64,000 nt of DNA, taken from the NCBI GenBank assembly GCA_951406725.2, contig OX597832.1, forward strand, positions 64,232,001 to 64,296,000, read 5' to 3'. The notes under the pieces were generated by a model. It was given only the letters and a program-made list of their open reading frames with translations. It was not told the DNA's origin and did not search any database. The position numbers and the translations under genes are program-made. Origin of the DNA: Octopus vulgaris. Its lineage: Eukaryota. Below are positions 26,739 to 40,190 of this stretch, one piece after another; the first letter of the stretch is position 1; every line of letters begins with the position of its first letter.

Positions 26739-26951
26739 TATATATATATTTATATACTGTATATATATATTTACAGTATACATATATATATATATGTATA
26801 TATATATATACAGTATATATATATATATATGTATATATATGTATATATCTATATATATTTATGTATATATATAAGTATATACATGTTTATATATACATAA
26901 ACATATATGCATACATATATATATATATATTCATATATATATATTTATATA

Positions 26952-26997
<46 letters not shown>

Positions 26998-27017
26998 TAT
27001 TTATATATGTATATATA

Positions 27018-27082
<65 letters not shown>

Positions 27083-27292
27083 TATGTATATATATACACG
27101 GTATATATATATATATATATACGTATATATATGCACACATTTACACAACGGGCTTCTACACAGTTTCCGTCTACCAAATTTACTGACAAACATTAGTTAG
27201 CCTGGTGCTTTAATAGAAGATTGTTGCCTAAGATGTAGGATAGTAGGACAGAACCTAAAATCACGTGGTTGCCAAACGAATTTCTTAACTTT
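26325..27292 (-). mobile_element. SINE family A with a greatly expanded internal microsatellite
   Basis: Tail at about 26330-26520 and head at about 27145-27292 (cagtttccgtctaccaaatt..gcctaag), separated by about 560 bp of (TA)-derived repeat. Confidence 0.7.
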
Positions 27293-27329
27293 CGCCTTCA
27301 GAACGAATTGTAAAATGATTGTTTGTTGC

Positions 27330-27760
27330 TTTTGTTGAAGTGTTTGTTGATTCAACAGAGAAACTCTATATTTATATAGCTACAACACTTTTATAATGCT
27401 GTAGCTTTTTGGTGAATGGAGGATTGAACCACGTCGTATTTTCGGAACGGGTTGAGCTATATGTTATTGCTGTCTCGAAATCTGGTTGTACATATCTTAG
27501 TCCCCGTGGAGAGATGTATCATTGATGGTAGATTAGATTTGAACTGTATTATAATATAGAAAAGGGTTTTGGTGATAAATACGCATTAGAATGATTTACT
27601 ATATGATACAAGTTAACAAGTTAGTTATAATTATTAGAGTGGATACAATATGATACAAGTTAAAATCTTATTTTTGCCAATAGTTTTATGAAGGACTTCT
27701 TAGGGGATTAACTATAACATTTATATATTAACTAGTTCTAGCTGCTGTATAGCTGTAAAA
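27330..27760 (-). mobile_element. Degenerate Penelope-like retroelement fragment
   Basis: Minus strand near 27440-27400 reads TTWFNPPFTKK, the WFNPPF/Y linker motif of Penelope-like ORFs. Flanks are heavily decayed and boundaries uncertain. Confidence 0.5.
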
Positions 27761-28149
27761 TAAGCTATATTTATGCTTGGTTAGATATCAATGGTTGTGG
27801 GATAGTTGTCTTCTGTGCGCTTTTCTCGTTTTCTTGGCCACACAGATGATGCTTTTGAGCCAACTGTGTTTCACTGATGGCTACAGAAAGACATCATGTA
27901 TCACATGCAGTGAGATTAAAGATCGTTGTGTCCAAATCTTTGGATACTAAAGGGAAATCATGGTGCAGAACGGAAATCGCGACAACCGATTTGATTTCCA
28001 GTTAATTGTATATTTATATACACAGGCATGTATATACATCGATTTCTCTCTATCTCTACTCTGTGAATCTCATTTTCACCCCCGTCTTCACATACACACA
28101 TATATAATTGAATAATTTATATGTTGTAAGACTATGCGTGAATATATAT

Positions 28150-28207
<58 letters not shown>

Positions 28208-28651
28208 GCACATGCGTATATACATACTCATTTCTCTCTTTCTCTCTGTATATCTGTTCATGCGTGTATTTGTATTGGTGGATGGGTGTGTCTGTTCATA
28301 TCAGAACAGGAATTTGATTAACTATGTTCATATATATCTCTGTACACTTACATAAAAATATATCAGAGAGCGATGCCTACGTACGTATGTGGTAGTGATG
28401 GCCTTATTTAATTGTTTGCATGTAACTAATGCTAACTTACACATAACTAGATTTACGAATTATTGTACTTCTGTGTATCATTCGATAAATACGATTATAT
28501 TCGTGTAAACACGCGGAGACACACACATACACACGTGTGTGTGTGTATTGTGCCTTTAAGTACATCAACTCTATATATTAATGCTGTTTGTTACATAATG
28601 AAATATCAATACATACATGTACGTTGATACATGTATAAACACACACACACG

Positions 28652-28692
<41 letters not shown>

Positions 28693-28772
28693 GTGAGTGT
28701 GTGATGTATGCATGTGTATATATATGATGCATATGTATGCTTATATATTCATCTATATCTCTCTCTATATAA

Positions 28773-28831
<59 letters not shown>

Positions 28832-29499
28832 TATGTATATATACGTGGATATATATATGTGTGTATGCATATACATGAATGATGTATATATATACATATA
28901 TATACATATATATCTGCGTATGCATGTAGATGAATGATGTATATATATATATATTCACTCACAAAATCATGCATACGCAGATATACATACATCCACATAT
29001 CCAAAGCAAATACTTTATCTAGCTGATTATGTTGTCATCTTTGAGGTCAGTGAATTGTATTTCTCCTCTCTTTAATATCCAATTTATTTTCCACAAAGAT
29101 GTGAATACTAAGACAAGCATAACCATAATAAAAACTAAAACAGGAACAGTAGCCACAAGAACGTCGACGACTTCCTACAACTGGTGCAAGGACATGCAAT
29201 GGACGGGACGAAATTTTATCAATCGAATCGAATCGAATTGAATCGGTTAGATCCCCTGACCTGCAGATATGAAACGCATTATACATTCGAGAGAACCACT
29301 TGATCGTAAATAAGTGAGGAATCAACACGATAAGTTCATCCTCAGCTGTGCGAATAGCAAGACCACTTCATTACCACGTGATGCCTTGTTCGAATCCACT
29401 ACACCTCATTATGTTCATATGTCTTGTATTGTGAACACCAAATGGAGGTAAAAATTCACAATTCATTCTATCTGAGGTCCTGATAAGTCTATAAATCTC

Positions 29500-29537
<38 letters not shown>

Positions 29538-29720
29538 GTATGTATGGATAATCCCCAATTACTACCTTGGAGTCCTGGAGTAGCGAGGCATTTCCCCTTC
29601 CATATTTTTAAAAGGTCATGGGCTAACAAGTTTTCTGGATCTGGCGATACGCCATAAAGCTAACCCTTTATGGACAGGAAACCTAAGGTAATTCCATAAA
29701 CCGGCCTTCCCCATTTTTAA

Positions 29721-29775
<55 letters not shown>

Positions 29776-30687
29776 GTCTATACACCCCCCACTAGCACGA
29801 TTATGCCGTTTTAAACACATCGTTTGGTCCTGGATTTGTTTTTATATATCGTGATTAATTAGTGTATTGTATTCCTATTCTGAAGAAGGGTCAATATCTG
29901 AAACGTTATATCGAACGTCAAATTAATATTATTAATAGTGAATTTATCCTGTCTTTTGGGTTTTTGCATTTTTTTCATTTGACTTTCGTTTGTGTGTGTG
30001 TGAGAGAGTATTTTAGTTCTCTTCCTTTAATGTTTCATTCTACAAGTATTCAAGTCTCTTCCGTTCAGCTTATTCACGTTAAATTTTACCTTAAACTAGA
30101 ATAAACATTATTTGTCCTGTGTTACTCCTGTTTTAGATATAATATAGACTACCAAAAGTGCCCCACATTCATCCCGCTCACAAATATTCTCCTTACACTT
30201 CTTCCTATCACTCATTTCAATTTAATTTGTTCTGTAGTCTCATTCTTTTTCTCTTTACTTTCAGCGCAATACCACTGTAAGAAGCTCCGGACGAAGAACA
30301 AATTTTGTTGACTCGCCCATTATATCTCTCCCAGCAACCCTACTATAAACGAGGTTTCAAACGTGACCTTTCTATCATTTTCCATATCAGGTATCGCATC
30401 GGTCAAATAGTACTTCACTTTTTCAGTTTGATGTATCATCTAAAGCCTTCCAGCCGTGACCATCTACGTTCTTTTAAAAAGCAGGTACTGCGAATGTCTT
30501 CTATTATGAAATTGGAATAGTACAGTCTGAAGGTTTTGTTGTTGCTGTTTCTAGTAGGGCCACTAAACAAATAGAGTTTTCCGTTGTCATCATTCATCGA
30601 CACAATGCACTCATGTCTTGTATATCAGAAATTATATACATGTACATATATATAACCAAGAAAAAAGTAACAAGAATGGATCAGTAG

Positions 30688-30774
30688 TTTAGTACAATTG
30701 TTTCATACTAAGAACATTTTATTTAAAGCTGCAAATATTACAGCAAATATAATGTCAAGTATTCATCAGCTAAA
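30688..30774 (-). ncRNA. Type I hammerhead ribozyme with an extended stem II
   Basis: tttag CTGATGA atact...agtat GAA acaattgt A ctaaa: stem I tttag/ctaaa, stem II closed by atact/agtat, palindromic stem III, GUA site. Confidence 0.8.
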
Positions 30775-31411
30775 TTACATATATGTTTTCCAAAACATCC
30801 TAGAAAGTGTAAATATCCTTATGAAGTATTAGGAGTGCGTTCTATGAATTTGAAGTAAGATTATAAGCAGACTTTATATGTTTTCGAACAATGCACAGTT
30901 TAAAAAATTTTTTAAATGATTATGAACTTCTCAGAGAAGGTAAATCCATCCATAAAGATGCAGATATAAGTTCCAGGAGACATGAGGAAAGATGCTGGTC
31001 ACACACCGGTTCAATTCACTTCTAACTGTTGCAGACATAATTTTATAGTAGCAAGAAAGACAGCGAGGTAGATTTAGCCAAAGTAAAGGACATTATGGGA
31101 GGAAAGGAGTGGGGGAGTAAAAGGGAATAAGGATGCCACAGACAAAGGTTAGTCTATTTCTGTGGTGACAGAAAATCTAGGTCATTGTTGAAGGAATCTT
31201 AAATTCATAAAAGAACAGTAAGTTTGACCACCGCCAGCTCTGAACTTAGAACCTCACAGAGTTAATGGTGGGATAAAGTATACAGAGAGATCAAAGGAAA
31301 ACACTAAAGGGGTCATTTTTTGGTACATATATATATGTACGAGCTAGATTTCTATATGTAGCCTACGAAACTCTAAGTTGCGGAGAGCCGAATGGAGCTG
31401 TCTTAAATGAC

Positions 31412-31489
<78 letters not shown>

Positions 31490-31631
31490 GTCTGTCTGTC
31501 TGTCTGTCTATGTGTGTGTCTGTCGGTCTGTCTGTCTGTCTGTCAATCTCTCTCTTTATATGTGTGTGCGTGCATATATATGTACCTCTCTCTCTGTCTA
31601 CCTGTTTATATATACATATATGTGTGTATAC

Positions 31632-31715
<84 letters not shown>

Positions 31716-32005
31716 TGTGTGTGTATGTGCCCGTGGGTATTAATCAAATAACTGTCAAACTATTTGATTAGTAAAAGTTTTATAATATCCTTTGTTTAAA
31801 TCGAACATAAATCATCCGATTCGTGGATGGAACACTTCTAAGTGGATGTCATCTGATGATTGATGTTCAGTTTGATACCGGATATTATGAAACTTCGAGT
31901 AACCAGATGGATTGACAGATTTTCATTAATACGTATATATAATTTAGCTCCATAATTATTTATTTTGAGTGCTTCTCACTTTGACATATGTAACTTCTTC
32001 GATCT

Positions 32006-32056
<51 letters not shown>

Positions 32057-32794
32057 AACCTTTTATTTAGGTATTTTCTCTTTCATTGTGGTGAGATTGT
32101 ATACTATTTTCTGTTAAGTCTGAGAAACATCAAATTTGACAAAACAGTTATGCGCATGCTTGATACTTTCACTAACTATATAAACGAGGATTTTTGTATA
32201 ATATAGATTTGTCAATATGTCTAGGCGTATGTGTATTGGTTTGCCCTGTGCCAAGTTCTCCCATGGCTATCTCATCTTTTATTTAAATATATCTAAGATT
32301 AGTATTTTTCGACGAACATGTCCTTCCTTTTAGAATATTGTATCGATTGATTGTAGAGGTATTTGACTGTTATTTCTAAAATGTCTAGTTACAATATTGT
32401 GCTTTCCGCGTGAATTCGAATTCGTTCTTCTTACCTATATCATTACTGTCATGGCGTAGACAATACTTATTCAGCCAAATGTTTCTAAAGTCGGATATTC
32501 TTCCGATTAATAACCATGCTTCATTTTCAAATAAGTCTATTTTTATGTCCCTGCTTTACAAAAAATCGCTAAAATACCCTTCGTGGTCTAAAATTTCACA
32601 ACATCAGCACGATCTCCTTGCCAGTTTTTTTTAGTTCGTCTTACGATGCAGTTAATTCAGATTAGCACAAGGCTGTAGCAGAAAGCAACTGAAGATAAAT
32701 GCTTAATAAAAGGATCACGGATATTGTGTTTCTGGAAAGTATATATTAATAGTAACAACAACAACAACAACAACAACAATAATAATAATAATAA

Positions 32795-32960
32795 TTTTTG
32801 CTATAAGGGCAAATTGCGGGAGGGGTCTAAGTCGATTGCATCGACCTCAGTGCTTAACTAGTGCTTATTTAATCGACCCTGAAAGGATGAAGGGCAGAGT
32901 CAACATCGGCGGAATTTGAACTCAGAACGTAGCGCCGGGCGAAATACCGCTAAGCATTTC
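32795..32960 (-). mobile_element. SINE family B
   Basis: atcgaccctgaaaggatgaagggcagagtcaacatcggcggaatttgaactcagaacgtagcg. Confidence 0.8.
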
Positions 32961-33427
32961 ACTGATTAGAGTGTTATGTAAATGTTTTGTGTTCGTAAAA
33001 AACGAACTATAACAAATGTTCTTGTCAAGAACGCACACCTGCTTGCCAGTTACTTCACAATTAACCGGTTGAGCATGTCCCTTAGTGGCTGATGATACGT
33101 GCATCTCTGGTCATGAGCAGGAGTGGTGGGGGTGAATCATAGTTATGGGTTCTGAATTATTCATCACTGGAAACATAGGTGTTTCATTCACAATCCGTAA
33201 ACAAAACCTTATTCAGGGAACTTCTGGGTGGGATGGTCTACTCGAGCAAAAGAAAGTTCTCACTTGGCTCTACCAGCAAAGTCATCCACTGTTTATCTTG
33301 ATACGAGATCGCCATGATGCGTACATATGTTTGGGAGGCATATGCCTGATGTACTCTTATCAGACGATTGGGCTTCGTATATTTTTACACCAGTATCACT
33401 TTGATGACATGCACAGTTCACTCATTC

Positions 33428-33476
<49 letters not shown>

Positions 33477-33488
33477 GTAGTAATAATG

Positions 33489-33558
<70 letters not shown>

Positions 33559-33569
33559 TAATAATAATA

Positions 33570-34113
33570 TATGCAGCAGCTTCTGTGACCACAAAAGGAG
33601 CAGGATACTACCTCAAACCATCCAGACAAGAGTATCACGACCCAAACAAACCCTGTGAATAAATAATATGCCGAAAAAAATAAAAAATAAAAGAAAAGAT
33701 CTGTCAATCCTTAATGAAACTAGTAGACAGTCAACACTACTAAGCAACAAGAAGAGAAGAAAAATACTAAGTCAATGCAAAATTACAGAACAATGTATAT
33801 CTGAGGTAAAAGAACAGCAGAAGCAAGATATCCTCGCTAAAGCGCAAAGAATCAACCGGTATGAGAAACGCCAACATGTCTTTGAACATTACGTATAATA
33901 AAAACATTCAGAAAAATATATAACAAAAGCACCAGGACTTGCAAGTATATATAAGATGCAATACATAGCACTACTAGGCACTGCACACATCCTACGTAAA
34001 ACACTTTCAATACAGTAACCATAAGAGCATCACAACAAACTACAGCACATACTCAAAGCACACAAAGCTGCGCTCGGTAGTGCAGTGAATGCACGTGATG
34101 AAAGTAAGACTAT

Positions 34114-34115
<2 letters not shown>
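33570..34115 (+). mobile_element. Internally deleted R4/Dong-clade LINE inside (AAT)n
   Basis: KQDILAKAQRINRYEKRQ joined to the C-terminus IALLGTAHILRKTLSIQ* and a 3' UTR homologous to 40191-40330; (AAT)n on both sides. Confidence 0.75.
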
Positions 34116-34185
<70 letters not shown>

Positions 34186-34438
34186 TTAATAATAATAAGG
34201 ATAAGTTAACAGCGTGCAGGTAACAACATATATTTCCGAATTATTTGATATTTTCTATTTATTATTTGGAAAGGGTGATCTTTCCCGAAATACTTTAGGA
34301 TCATTCAACAACGCATGCGGGATTTTATTTATTGACATAATTTACATATTTTGCCTTATTTATTAGCTGGTCAACTTTTTTCAAGTATGTATATAATTTT
34401 CACACATTACGAAACTTCAAGCAAATTACAATAATTGT

Positions 34439-34524
<86 letters not shown>

Positions 34525-34574
34525 TGGTGTTAAGTGTATTATTTGATAATAGTTGTAATGAAAATAATATTTAC

Positions 34575-34712
34575 CAGTTCGGCGTTGTGGTTCACTAAAG
34601 CGTAATATTTCTTCCTGGTAAAAACAGGGTTTAAATCATCTGCATCAAGAACTGTGAAGTTTATTGTTGCTGTATCATTGAGTTTCTTTTGATTTACACC
34701 TTCTGGCTGGTC
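34575..34712 (-). CDS. Cadherin-repeat protein, internal exon C: DQPEGVNQKKLNDTATINFTVLDADDLNPVFTRKKYYALVNHNAEL
   Basis: 138 nt, phase 0/0, acceptor ctttag| and donor |gtaaat. Ca-binding linker DADDLNPVF (DxNDNxPxF variant). Not in the ORF track; read manually. Confidence 0.92.
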
Positions 34713-37393
34713 CTAAAGCGATAAACAATGAATCGGTCAACAAATTATAGAAACTGAAGGAGAAATAAATCAAAGACGTAAATAGCATGAATTGATGTAC
34801 ATAATATCTTATACCCTAAATTTACAAGCAAAAACTAAACACAATAATACAAAATCCATAAATAAGTTGAAATGTCTCTTAGATGAGGAGGGGAAAAAAA
34901 CCTAGTGGCAGTTTTTAACAACTCTCAAAAGAAAGGAGAGGTAATTTCAAGTATTTAAAAATAATCTCTCGAACGTAATGCATATGCTTAGAAATTCTGA
35001 TCGTTGTTTTGGAGCAAGAAGGAAAATCACAGTCATGTTTCGCTCTACACAGAAGTCATCAGCATTATTTAATCTACCTAAGTTTACTCAATGAGATTAC
35101 TGATTTTTACATCAACAAAAATACTTACGAATGAATTTCGGACAGAGAAATTTGCATAATTGAAAATAAAAAGAACAAATGACATTAATTTGGATAAATA
35201 AGCAAGAGTGAATTTCTGAAAAAAAACAAAATTAAACCGCCGTGTTTTCTGGGTATATTTATTCTTTTTTTACTTAGAGATCAGAATTCTAAGTAACACT
35301 CAAATTTTTTAAATGAACGGATTAATTTAAAATCTAAATATATATTTTTTTATTATATACGATCTTCCTTCTATTAAAAATAAACAGGAGACTTATGCTT
35401 TAAGCGTGTACTAACAAATGTTCTATAATTGAGTTGAGGACTGTTCAAATGTCGGAAACGGCCCATGCTGTCGTTATTGATTATTATAAATATTCATGTT
35501 TGTCGTTATTCAGAAGAATTACATTCTAGGAACTCAAAAGTGTAGTTTAATAAATGTTGTATAATTACTCGTATTTAATTTTTCGTATTTAACACTTAGA
35601 ATATGAATTTTGCGAATTGGAAGAACCGTTAGGGTGTCGGCCAGAGTATCTTGCGGTATGTGTTCGCGGATTTTGGCGTCCTGAATTCAAAGAACGCCGG
35701 AGTTAATTCTTTGTTCTGTTTATCACATATGATGTGCAGCACGTAATTTTGTTGTGTCCATGCATCATATATGATACACCTACCTCGTTTATTCAACCAA
35801 CATGATTGCTTGCGACTCACGAAAGAAAAGCCTTATATTGTATAAAAACGGGTTAACTAAACATGGGCTAACTAAAATTCTGGGACAAACTTATGAGAAT
35901 GCTTTGGGCAGGTAAAGGGTTAAGAGTGCCTCTTATCCTTATGGAGTCGCTAAAGTGTCAAACCAATATTGAGTTCAATACTAATGTCTTCATTCTCTCT
36001 CCGTGCCACGTTGTCATGGGGTCCTGGGACAAAGATGCCTTCACAAAGTCGTTTCTCCAGGTGTAAGGCGGGTGAACGGGTGGGGTTTAGTAATTTTTTC
36101 CCATAGCCAAGAAAAACAAAAAAACTGAGCAGTAACTGGAATTGTGCAAAAACTGACCGAAGGCTCATGCAACGCAAAATGTAAGACAAAGAATACTTAG
36201 TTGAACGAGAACAGAGCACGTGCGTGTGTGTTTGTAACCATGTGTGGGTGCAGTTGTGTGCGTTGATATAACTACTTGTGTCTGTGTGTCTATATCGTGT
36301 TCCAGTTTGTGTTGCATTGAAGCCTGTATATACGAAATGTACTTTACAAAACGCTGTACGTGTGTGTTTGTGTGATTCCATGCGTTGTATCTTAATAGAT
36401 AGCGACATCGTTCTCTCAGTTCATGATGCACATATGCATATCAAGACACACACACCAAATGCACATGCACCTATATATGCAGAATTAGATGGATAATTTA
36501 TACATACATGCATACATACATGTATGTACACATACATACGTACTTTAGTATATGCAAACACACTTTGCAAATATCTTTAACACAGATCTCTAGATTAGAC
36601 ATCCTCTGGCACTAATGAGTATTTAATTAAAATATATCAATCTCAACAAAATCAGAACATCTGCTCCTTCACCCCACCACATCAATCTCCTCCTGCTTCC
36701 TTCTATTCTCCACCTCCTCCATGAACTCACAACACCGACAACAATAACAAAAATATATAAATAAAAGCACCACTGCACACACACAAACGAATACGCACAG
36801 TTAGTTTCAGGTACATTCAGCCATCCGCTCACACATAAAATTTCTCCGCATAGAAGACGTTCATCTGAAAACCTTATTCCATCGAAAGATCGCCTCCAGA
36901 GAAGAACAATTAAAATCACATTAGTTAGCAAGGAGAAGTTACGATTAATTTTTCCGGCAGGAAGCTGTAAGAATGTCTTGTAATCAAAAGACGTTTCTTT
37001 TAATTTATTTCTATTCTTCTCATTATTTATTCTCCTCAATTCTTTACCACTTCTTCGATTCTCTTTTCTTTCGTTTCTTCTCTGGATCCTTTGAATAATA
37101 TCCTTCCCCTACCTCCCCTTTGGCGATGTTTTTTCTTACCCTATGTTTTTGAAATTTTCTTCTTTTATCGTATTTATCTGAATCAATCGGTTCCTTTAAC
37201 TTGCCAAAAATCATTTCCGCGTTATGCATTGGAAAAATTAAAATAGCAGATAAAAAGATTTAAGTTTTACGTTAAAACTAACTGGCATTATCTATGGTAT
37301 AGTTATCTTAATATATAAACAGGTATCTCTGTATGTACGACTGCATGTAGGTTCCGAGTTGTAGGCGATAGGTTTCTGTACATATGTAGTTGA

Positions 37394-37430
<37 letters not shown>

Positions 37431-37491
37431 AGGATAGGGATAGAGAAAAGAGAGAGAGAGAGAGATGATTTTACACAGAGACCTCATGCTG

Positions 37492-37711
37492 TTCTTTTAG
37501 TCCTTTACTTGTTTTAATCGTTTGTCTCAGGCCATGCTGGGGCAACGGTTTCTTGGGTTTAACCCATCAAATTTACACCAGTGTTTATTTCAAAATTTCG
37601 TACTTATTTCCTGTCGGTTTCCTTTGTCGAGCCACCTGGTAACGAGGATGCAAACGAACCGGTACCGACTGTCAAGCGTGGATACACCTGCATACACAGA
37701 TACACACACGC

Positions 37712-37783
<72 letters not shown>

Positions 37784-37975
37784 TTAGTGAGAATTATAGT
37801 TTTCCTTTTTGGTAAAACATTGCACAAATTTGTCTATATTAAATTATTATATAACAGTATTCCACACAATTTCTGTCTCTCAAATTACCTCACAAGACAT
37901 TGATGGGCTCGGGGTTGTACAAGAAGACACTTACTTAAGGGTACCGCGCACTGGGACTGAACTCGGGAATCATAG
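37492..37975 (-). mobile_element. SINE family A, degenerate
   Basis: gccatgctggggca..gttgtacaagaagacact..cgcactgggactgaactcggg. Confidence 0.65.
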
Positions 37976-38172
37976 CGGTTAAAGGCATGATCGGGACCAC
38001 TGTGGCCTAAAGAATCTAGTGAGTAGCCGAGGAGGAAGAGGAGGAAAAGCAGTAGTAGTAATAGTAGACGATTCTTAAGAAACTCAGGTAACTTCAGTTG
38101 TTAACCAGTTTGCAACAGGGACTTTTGAATTACATGTATGGGCGAGAGAAAGTATATATATATATATGTGTG

Positions 38173-38203
<31 letters not shown>

Positions 38204-38337
38204 TGTGTATATATATATATACAGACAGACAAACAAACATATATACATATGTCTATCGCACGTAGGAACGCATTCATGGAAGATTTTTACCTACCAATTG
38301 AGTAAAGATGAAGTAGAATATGAAAATGTGTGTACAT

Positions 38338-38376
<39 letters not shown>

Positions 38377-38558
38377 CACCCACACACATACACTCTAGCC
38401 AATACCATCTACTAATGCATCAGATCGCCGTCCCTCGTTCCTAGAGCCAAAGCACGCCCGTATATATAAGATAGGAACTATATTGCTGCATTATGCGTAT
38501 ACATGCATACACACATACAGATTCATACGTATATGAGTTAGTGTGTATATGCATATAC

Positions 38559-38590
<32 letters not shown>

Positions 38591-38606
38591 CTGCATAAGC
38601 ACAGAC

Positions 38607-38666
<60 letters not shown>

Positions 38667-39144
38667 ATACGTTTATACAGACATATACACATACATGTGT
38701 ATATATATATACGCGCGCACATTTATACATATGTACAATCAAACATGCATACACATACATACATACGCACACATTTTATGCCCACGCGCACAAAAGCCAT
38801 ATCTTCAGTTTAGCAATCAGCAACAAGGAACAGAAACAAAAGCGCCATTTCTTCTTCCTGAGAGATATCCAATAGAAAAGATGTGTCTGTTGCCGTATAA
38901 TATTGATATCAACATCAAACAAAATCATTGTTAAAGAAGGGAAGAAAGCCGATAACGAAAAACGAGGTCCGGAGCGGCCATTTGCTTCAAAGGAACTTTT
39001 TCTCCGAAAATCAGTCCGATTGCGCCTCTATTGTCATTCTTTTCTATCTCTTTTTTTTTCTTGCGTATATCTCTGTTTTGACTATATCGTCTATTTTTCT
39101 CTGTGTAATTGAATATCTGTCTAATCGTTTGTCTGTGCGCGCTT

Positions 39145-39146
<2 letters not shown>

Positions 39147-39233
<87 letters not shown>

Positions 39234-39339
39234 TGTATGTATGTATGTATGTATGTATGTATGTATGTATGTATGTGTGTGTGTATGTGTGTCTGTGTGT
39301 GTGTGCATGTGTATGTATGTGTTTGTTGTGTATCTATCA

Positions 39340-39388
<49 letters not shown>

Positions 39389-39404
39389 ACTATCTATCTA
39401 CTTC

Positions 39405-39500
<96 letters not shown>

Positions 39501-39517
39501 ATGTATGTTTGTCTGTC
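39147..39517. repeat. Compound (AT)n-(ATGT)n-(GT)n-(ATCT)n-(GTCT)n microsatellite
   Basis: Direct inspection. Confidence 0.95.
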
Positions 39518-39574
39518 GGTCTAGTAGTAGTAGTTGTAGCATCAGCAGCAACAGCAGTTTAATTAGAAATAGTA

Positions 39575-39795
39575 ATATTGGTTTCAACTTTTGCCACAAG
39601 GCCAGCAATTTCGGCGAGACGGAGCAGGTCGTTTACAATGATCCCAGTGTTCAACTAGACATTATTTTGTCAACCCCAAAAGGATGAAAGGCAAAGTCGA
39701 ACCCGGCGGAATTTTCATTCAGAACGTAAAGACGGACGAAATGTCGTTAAGCATTTTTTCCGACACGCTAACCATTTTGTTTGCTCTCTACCTTT
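39575..39795 (-). mobile_element. SINE family B
   Basis: aggatgaaaggcaaagtcgaacccggcggaat..cagaacgtaaagacggacgaaatg. Confidence 0.8.
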
Positions 39796-39886
39796 GAACA
39801 GCAATGGTAATATTAATTAGAGAAATAGTAGCTGTAACAACTGTTTTGTTGTAGTAGTAGTTTTAGTAGTAATAATATAGTTGAGC

Positions 39887-39960
<74 letters not shown>

Positions 39961-39963
<3 letters not shown>

Positions 39964-40170
39964 CTGCAAGCTGGAAGATTCGTTCGTAGGTCGAGAAAAT
40001 TCTTAGCGGCATTTCCTCCGTCTCTACGTTCTGAGTTCAAGTTTCGCTGAGGTTGGCTTTGCTTTTCAACCTCTCGAGTTCGATAAAATAAGTACCAGTT
40101 GAATACTGGGGACGATGTAACCGACTTATCCTCTCCCTCTAAATTGCTGGCCTTGTGACGAAATTTGAAA
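39961..40170 (+). mobile_element. SINE family B
   Basis: cgttctgagttcaagtttcgctgaggttggctttgc..cgataaaataagtaccagttgaatactgggg. Confidence 0.75.
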
Positions 40171-40190
40171 TCATCATCATTATTATTATT

